Source: Cyanophora paradoxa CCMP329
Lineage: Eukaryota; Plantae; Glaucophyta
Reading direction: 5' to 3'
DNA: 64,000 nt
Assembly (NCBI GenBank): GCA_004431415.1
Contig: QPMI01000163.1
Location: 62,001-126,000 of the forward strand
Shown in pieces: positions 60,901-64,000 of this stretch. Position 1 is the first letter of the stretch. Each line of letters starts with the position of its first letter. Below the pieces are notes generated by a model that saw only the letters and a program-made list of their open reading frames with translations, ran no database searches and was not told where the DNA came from. The position numbers and the translations under genes were made by a program.

Positions 60901-60982
60901 ACGGCTGCTGGCGTCGCCGCGCCCCGTCTGCCGCTCGTTCACTCGTCTTGCTCACGGCGGCGCTGGCCCCGAAAGGACTCCT
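54965..60982 (-). CDS. pol: Pol polyprotein (aspartic protease, RT, RNase H, integrase); no ATG at the start of its frame, probably reached by +1 frameshift
   Basis: ALVDTGA; WRFCVDYRQLN, RMPMGL, YIDD; LQTDAS, DLEAAA, TDHKAL; AH..GH..CEPC; WQIDEV/ECDQG/LER; C-terminal WSGPY..VHVTRL. The frame is open from just after the TGA at 60983-60985. Confidence 0.95.
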   Translation of the reverse strand, partial: RSPFGASAAVSKTSERAADGARRRQQPSPPVSIGAARSVNTSNRFSVLANLDSDSESEADSDLVSESASEHCSECSKSICFVQDHEDAWYGMEMPAPIASIAAYVSGLMMRESELGESERPRVLDPDRKQSEVNGGLDAVESRVKNSRQLGESERRDVRRSESAAKERADRSSGAGRGQKRAHSVNLSEGVHSVNLSAREVACDSEKRAHGQACPGPHKAGAGSALSPRPGGIGAREGTSRRRPADGAAKGTPGSSVRPSEPTGGAPGPSSKERATPAENDPPSTPPGGPARRGGYVPEEYVVKQRKRPERRLADDPIDNARTEQGVKGRRGLLERDLQRAGTDPRVAPANAASTQLKKTVKTARKSLVFLGKVGAVHMPPVAVDDRGVAAYLERLRETAAAIRNVHLRRGVHANVTVRVNDAAEPIMALVDTGAAFSIVSEKVIKKYGLESKINKTFTASFATADGSPVRCLGMIDLNIKLGSLLHVNQPFFVWKTLPTNLILGADFIKTNRWVVDLVDGVLQHKDKLDQHVKIELDGSSAPAMTVAADCKVPPMSEKNVQVVLRDSIRQPKDGTAGLIERDELFHTRHRIYLSNTIGKFDEGVCTVRVLNPSSKTVMLRKDTLVGYWTDASKVEIHTILENGVGGDARRKGRGPIVAALAQAVKKKQLDIPVCWCGKCSECTERENDPEWKELKQKLDVGTDSLPDEVRRQVYAVLYYFRDIFSSTLDPNKTMPKEFAHRIDTGNHRPIRVPPRHVDPVRREEIRKKVQEMLDQGLIQPSKSQWAFPVVLAKKKDGTWRFCVDYRQLNAITKRDSYPLPRVDDILDTLQGAVIFSTIDLLSGFHQLELHEDDREKTAFVTPDGLHEWLRMPMGLCGAPQSFERAMDLLLSDLKWSVCCIYIDDVVIFAKDVEEHAADLVEVFSRLRKANVKVKPSKCHFAKPEVELLGHIVNAEGVKVDPKKVAVLHDWPRPRNVRQLRGFIGFASYYRRFIKGFSNTAAPLTSLLKARTPWAWGDAQQAAFEALKKALTSAPVLRYPDFTRPFILQTDASVDGFGAVLKQKDIRGLEYLVSCASRATRDSERNYSVTDLEAAAVVWAVTEQYRPYLELGRFTLRTDHKALLTVLRPTYQLSGAVANRHAKWAERLMRFMPFDIEYVKGTKNIEPDVLSRLYEKYTKVDKATETDPDPFFGARTNEACGARTNKPAAAAVVSSVAASAPAAGHVDVGYTQAAVDCDLVSALQEAIATKRVGPSPPSLQQLAGEALVALLASKGDRLAISEFLRKREVAHRLKDKTEAPRVASVQESTARFGRPLGTRSWKKNLVSLPLTDDDVKRLHLRTATPDIATQPGKRPRAGQVTCLGFRATLRAAVQAVAGESAPAPGWLVRRVRAVVDACSLCAGRRLAKRRFQPAAAPAVANVSEQPTSLPSSRLRDAQRADRTLAPLIAWLAGEKSISKLPAKTRSDLAQRAQDYKLGPGGLLLHVSRLQDKELTRIVVPTALRSEIVREAHSGYGAGHGGYHATVKRVNMKFYWPRMRESIRKFVSTCEPCRNQKFDRATEAKPTPRFASRPMQRWQIDEVKFAGQDAKSLITLEDVFSKWMMAHVKPVANSRTVIEALEAEFKEHGLPLEIECDQGTAFISKDVQAYLAEKGVRLVIMPAYAPQTKGALERGHQTLEAKIRTLTEEHRGTSWTKWVDAALHAMRTTQHSATGFTPFRLHKGYDPFTSLDLKFSSLATLGSGAAQLAPSPSALAFGPGKTAAENDKEDSHTIWRWDGTCWSECSMVTSKRRQPLHCRWRIAAPAAAVLIAKLDKLQFDAPGAHWTTPSTRAHPRDRARAAESTVAQPTKAKAPSFVPLFSERVGPVATEADRLRSLSKEGYSTLVTELRTRQKFDREQAFLNMFRQGLRMRHTHVNINRGRKRQFMAGQPVDLFVPTDRSKKPGLPNASGWSGPYFVQEVISRSRVRVTSFADDVRVHHRPGESFVVHVTRLRGRPVELSMPMA

Positions 60983-62380
60983 TCAGCTCCTTCATGTCTT
61001 GGAGCGCCGACTTGAGCTCCTTCCGTAGGTCGTCCGCCTCCTTGACCTTGCATTGCTTCTCCGCATGACCATCGCGTCCGCAGTAGTTGCAGTGCACGGA
61101 CTTCCGCTTGGCGCTCCTGTCCGTGCGCTCCTCCTGCTCGTCGCGCTCCTCATAGCGGCGCTTGTTGTACCCGCCCTTACCGCCTTGCGGCGCAGAGGCG
61201 TACCCCCCTCGCTGCGGCTTCATGATAACTACGCGGCGATTCGGGCTGCCTTGCTGCTGCCGAGGCCTGCGAGGGCCAGGTGTGTTTCGCTTGGGCTGCT
61301 GGCATTCGAAAGACCGGTGCCCAGGCTGATCGCAATTCCAGCAGACAAAATTGCTGTACCCCCCCTGAGCGTCATCGTACCCCGCCTGGGCATCGACTCG
61401 CTCCGTCACCTCCGCGATGCGGGAGGGGTGCATCCCCTGGAATCGCGAGTGATCGGCGTACCCCCCTTGGATAACGCTGCACCCCCCTTCACGAGGACTT
61501 TGACCCCCTTCTCGCGGGCCTCGTCCACGAACTGCTTGATACCCGCCTGGTCCGCTTGTACCGACTGCAAGCTTGCGATGAGGCTGTTGAACTTGTTCTC
61601 CAGGTTGCTGATCGCCTCCCGGAGCTCGCCTCCCGAAGCTGCAGCTGGCCGGACGGGTACGTCGTTGGGGTACGTCGCCGCCGACTTGCGCCCTGATGTG
61701 AGCTGCAGGTCGTCGTCGTCGTCCAGGCCGATCCGATTCACAGCGGCCGTCAGTCTGTTCGCTTCGTTGTGGTACGCGAAGTCAGTCTTGACGTGCTTCA
61801 AGAACTCCTGGCTCCACTGCGCCAAGTCCCTCTTGTGCGTGGTCTGCGCCTTCAGTGCCCGCCGCACCAGCTCAGTCCGGCTCTTCAGAGCGTCGATCAT
61901 CTTGTTGATCATCGAGCTGTCGGGGACATCTTGTTCCATCTTGAGGAGCTTGCGGTACGCCATGCACACGCGTATGAACGCCGTCGCCTCCATGACTGAC
62001 GGGCGCTCGCACTCGCAGAGCTCGCGGCCCTTCTCCAAGATCAACCGAGTGAGCAGGGCCTCCAGCCGCTGGCTCTCGGAGATCTGTAGCACAATATGAT
62101 CGATTATCGCCTCGTACTTGTCCGTCTCAATTCCAACACTCAGAATAGAGTCTCGCAGGCCCGATGCAGTTATGTGATTTGATTTGTCTAATGACATAAG
62201 CAGTGCCACTGCCTTCTGCTTAGAGGCATGCGGCTTTTTATCTAGACACTTGGCCCAAGTGTCAAAACGCTCTAGCCACACGGCTACATCTGAAGACTGA
62301 AGTACAGGAGGCGGGCAGCGATTGAATTGCTGCTCCTGCGCGAAATCCGCGAAAACCTGGGCTAGGGCCGACTCTGCCAT
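60939..62380 (-). CDS. gag: Gag (capsid-like region, coiled coil, two CCHC zinc knuckles), interrupted by one -1 discontinuity near 61450-61510
   Basis: ORF 61406-62380 (DVAVWLERFDTWA..) plus ORF 60939-61433 (CWNCDQPGHRSFEC, CNYCGRDGHAEKQC). Adding one G in a G run joins them. Confidence 0.8.
60969..60977 (-). other. Candidate +1 programmed ribosomal frameshift site UCC_UUU_CGG
   Basis: In the gag frame and inside the only 41-nt window (60942-60982) where gag and the +1 pol frame overlap. Confidence 0.65.
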
Positions 62381-62504
62381 GACTGCAGAAAAAACTAAAT
62401 CGATATCTGAATCGGAAACTGGAACTGACTGCGAGCTCCGAGGCTCGAGCCGAGGCTCGAAAAGAGGGGCACGAAAGTGCGCCCGCTACGGAGCTGCGTC
62501 TTAT

Positions 62505-63086
62505 CTAGTCTCGGCGGCGCTTAGCCTGGCGCCGCTCCTTCTCAGCGGCCTGCTCCTGTCTCCAGGAAGCAACGATCTCGTCCGCGTCCGGGGAACGCGG
62601 TTCTGACTGGAGCTCTGGCGAGACGAGGTCCACGACCGAGTGCTCGCTCGCTTGCGAGGACGGCGTGCCGAAAAGCTCGTACTTCAGCTGCTCGTGAGGC
62701 TTCGACGGTCCGGCTGCGGGCTGGAACGTCGGAGCTGCCTCCTGAATGGGCTCGCCGTACGGGCTGGCTGGCGCCGAGTGCGGGTCGCGGCCGCCAGGCC
62801 CGGAAACGAGGTTCGCTGCCGGGTGCGGAGTGCCGTTCAGCTGCTCCGGCGACGGCTGGTCGAGGCTGAAGCCGGGCGCGTCCTCCTCGACGCGGGCTTC
62901 CTCCTGCGCAGCCGCGGCCACCTGGTCGGCGGCGTGCGCAACAGCCGGGCCGATGTTCTCCGCGATGTTGACGTCGACGGTCGCCGGCTGGAAGGGAGCG
63001 CCGGGACCGTCGCGCGTGAAGAGGTAAAGACCGTAGGTGCGCGTCTCGGTGCGGGTCTCGATGCGCGTCTCGGGCACGAGGGTCAA
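62505..63086 (-). CDS. Extra ORF upstream of gag; unknown function, no ATG
   Basis: 193 codons from a TTG; the frame is stop-free back to about 63408. Acidic and Pro-rich, with a basic C-terminus (KERRQAKRRRD). Confidence 0.45.
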   Translation of the reverse strand: MTLVPETRIETRTETRTYGLYLFTRDGPGAPFQPATVDVNIAENIGPAVAHAADQVAAAAQEEARVEEDAPGFSLDQPSPEQLNGTPHPAANLVSGPGGRDPHSAPASPYGEPIQEAAPTFQPAAGPSKPHEQLKYELFGTPSSQASEHSVVDLVSPELQSEPRSPDADEIVASWRQEQAAEKERRQAKRRRD

Positions 63087-63473
63087 CGCAGTGTTCTCGC
63101 TCAGACGCTGGGTCTGGACACTGCGCGACGCCGCGACGACGTGGTCAGGTTCCGCTCTAGGTGCGCGCGCGCAGGTTCTCGCAGGTTCGAGACGATTCTA
63201 TCGCGTCTCCGTCGACACGCGCGCAGCCCAGCGTACGTCGACGTGCTTTCTAGAATGCGTGGGATGCTTATCTTTGTGTTTGGCCGTTCTAGGCGCGCCC
63301 CCCGCGGTCGGGCATGGGTCGGGTCGTACGGCGACGGACCATGAACGCAGATGCCGTACGAAGCAAGGACGGGGTGGCGAACGCCAAGTACATGCGCAAC
63401 AATGGCTCAAGGTCAGCCACACGGGGTCGAGCAAGAGCCGGGTTCGTCTGGAAGCAGGCGAAGGTTCCAGAAC

Positions 63474-63487
63474 CGCGCAGATCCCCA
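63474..63487 (-). promoter_or_regulatory. Putative primer-binding site TGGGGATCTGCGCG
   Basis: Starts with TGG directly after the 5' LTR. Cognate tRNA not identified. Confidence 0.55.
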
Positions 63488-63915
63488 TGTTCGATCTTAA
63501 ATGAGGCTCTCCCCAGGCATATTCAGCCTCTAGAGCACTCTAGAACCCTGGTGACTGAGCCCCAGCCTTCACACGCAGAGATACAGACCTGGACAGTCGG
63601 ATTCCCAGACACAGGAGCCCGAGGCACAGACGCCTGGCTCGTAGGCACACGCTGACTCGTGTACATGGCTGCAAGAGGGCTTATATAGGCTAGGCTAGGA
63701 AGCTTCTCGAGGGGCTGGCCGACTGCGGCTAGCCTCGGAATATTCACGAATAACTAGCCCTAGAAGCTTCTCGAACATCTAGCCCTAGCCGCCCTGTCTA
63801 GGGGTACATGATCCTGCGCTTGCTAAGGGTACATGATTCTGTATTACAATGAGTCACGCCCTGATCATGAGTTCGATCACGATCACGAAGCTAGCGCTTC
63901 AAAGCGACCACAACA
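63488..63915 (-). repeat. 5' LTR, with TATA-like CTATATAAG on the sense strand at about 63680-63688
   Basis: Direct repeat of 54475-54902. Confidence 0.97.
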
Positions 63916-64000
63916 CCGCCCGCCCCCTGGCACGGCGGCGACGCCTCGGAGGCATGCTTGTTCACGCGCCAAGGGCCGTCTGAGCCTGTACCCCCCTCGC

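Larger units (their letters stand above)
54475..63915 (-). mobile_element. Full-length Ty3/gypsy LTR retrotransposon (9441 bp)
   Basis: Two 428-bp TG...CA LTRs, CCGC target-site duplication (54471-54474, 63916-63919), gag with two CCHC knuckles, pol order PR-RT-RH-IN. Confidence 0.97.

Noticed and set aside
61406-61520. A second programmed (-1) frameshift inside gag
   Set aside because: No canonical X_XXY_YYZ site with Y=A/U. G5/G6 runs match the missing-G error pattern seen in TBCD. Raw reads should still be checked.
1-64000. tRNA, rRNA or snRNA genes
   Set aside because: None recognisable by eye. An Infernal/tRNAscan search of the spacers would be needed to exclude them.

Overview
Eukaryotic nuclear DNA from a very GC-rich, intron-dense microbial eukaryote. 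An alga or flagellate is likely (plant/algal-type DHU1 and ALDH22 homologues, WDR27), but the species cannot be identified from sequence alone. Most long six-frame ORFs are artefacts of GC richness, so I rebuilt genes by hand across short (~50-100 nt) introns. Positions 1-52 kb hold about 20 tightly packed genes, many in head-to-head pairs: a Thr/Ala/Pro mucin-like protein, EEF1AKMT1, DHU1-like LRR-WD40, TBCD, an alpha/beta hydrolase, a GNAT, ALDH22, ADAL, WDR27, a YqcI/YcgG-like protein, SPRTN, ATG22, TFIIB, a two-repeat MYB and several hypotheticals. 54475-63915 is a young, full-length Ty3/gypsy LTR retrotransposon (minus strand, 428-bp LTRs identical by eye, 4-bp TSD). The most unusual signals are: (1) a G-to-C switch in synonymous codon choice within exons, phased to splice sites; (2) a PA-X/amalgavirus-type UCC_UUU_CGG +1 frameshift motif in the 41-nt gag/pol overlap; (3) a non-canonical PPT-position 14-mer that recurs twice inside pol; (4) frequent GC-AG introns; (5) serially duplicated near-identical 69-nt introns plus an array of in-phase donor-like sites in the mucin-like gene; (6) palindrome-saturated intergenic DNA. 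Single-G losses in homopolymers break some conserved genes and look like long-read assembly errors, so internal exon boundaries are approximate.
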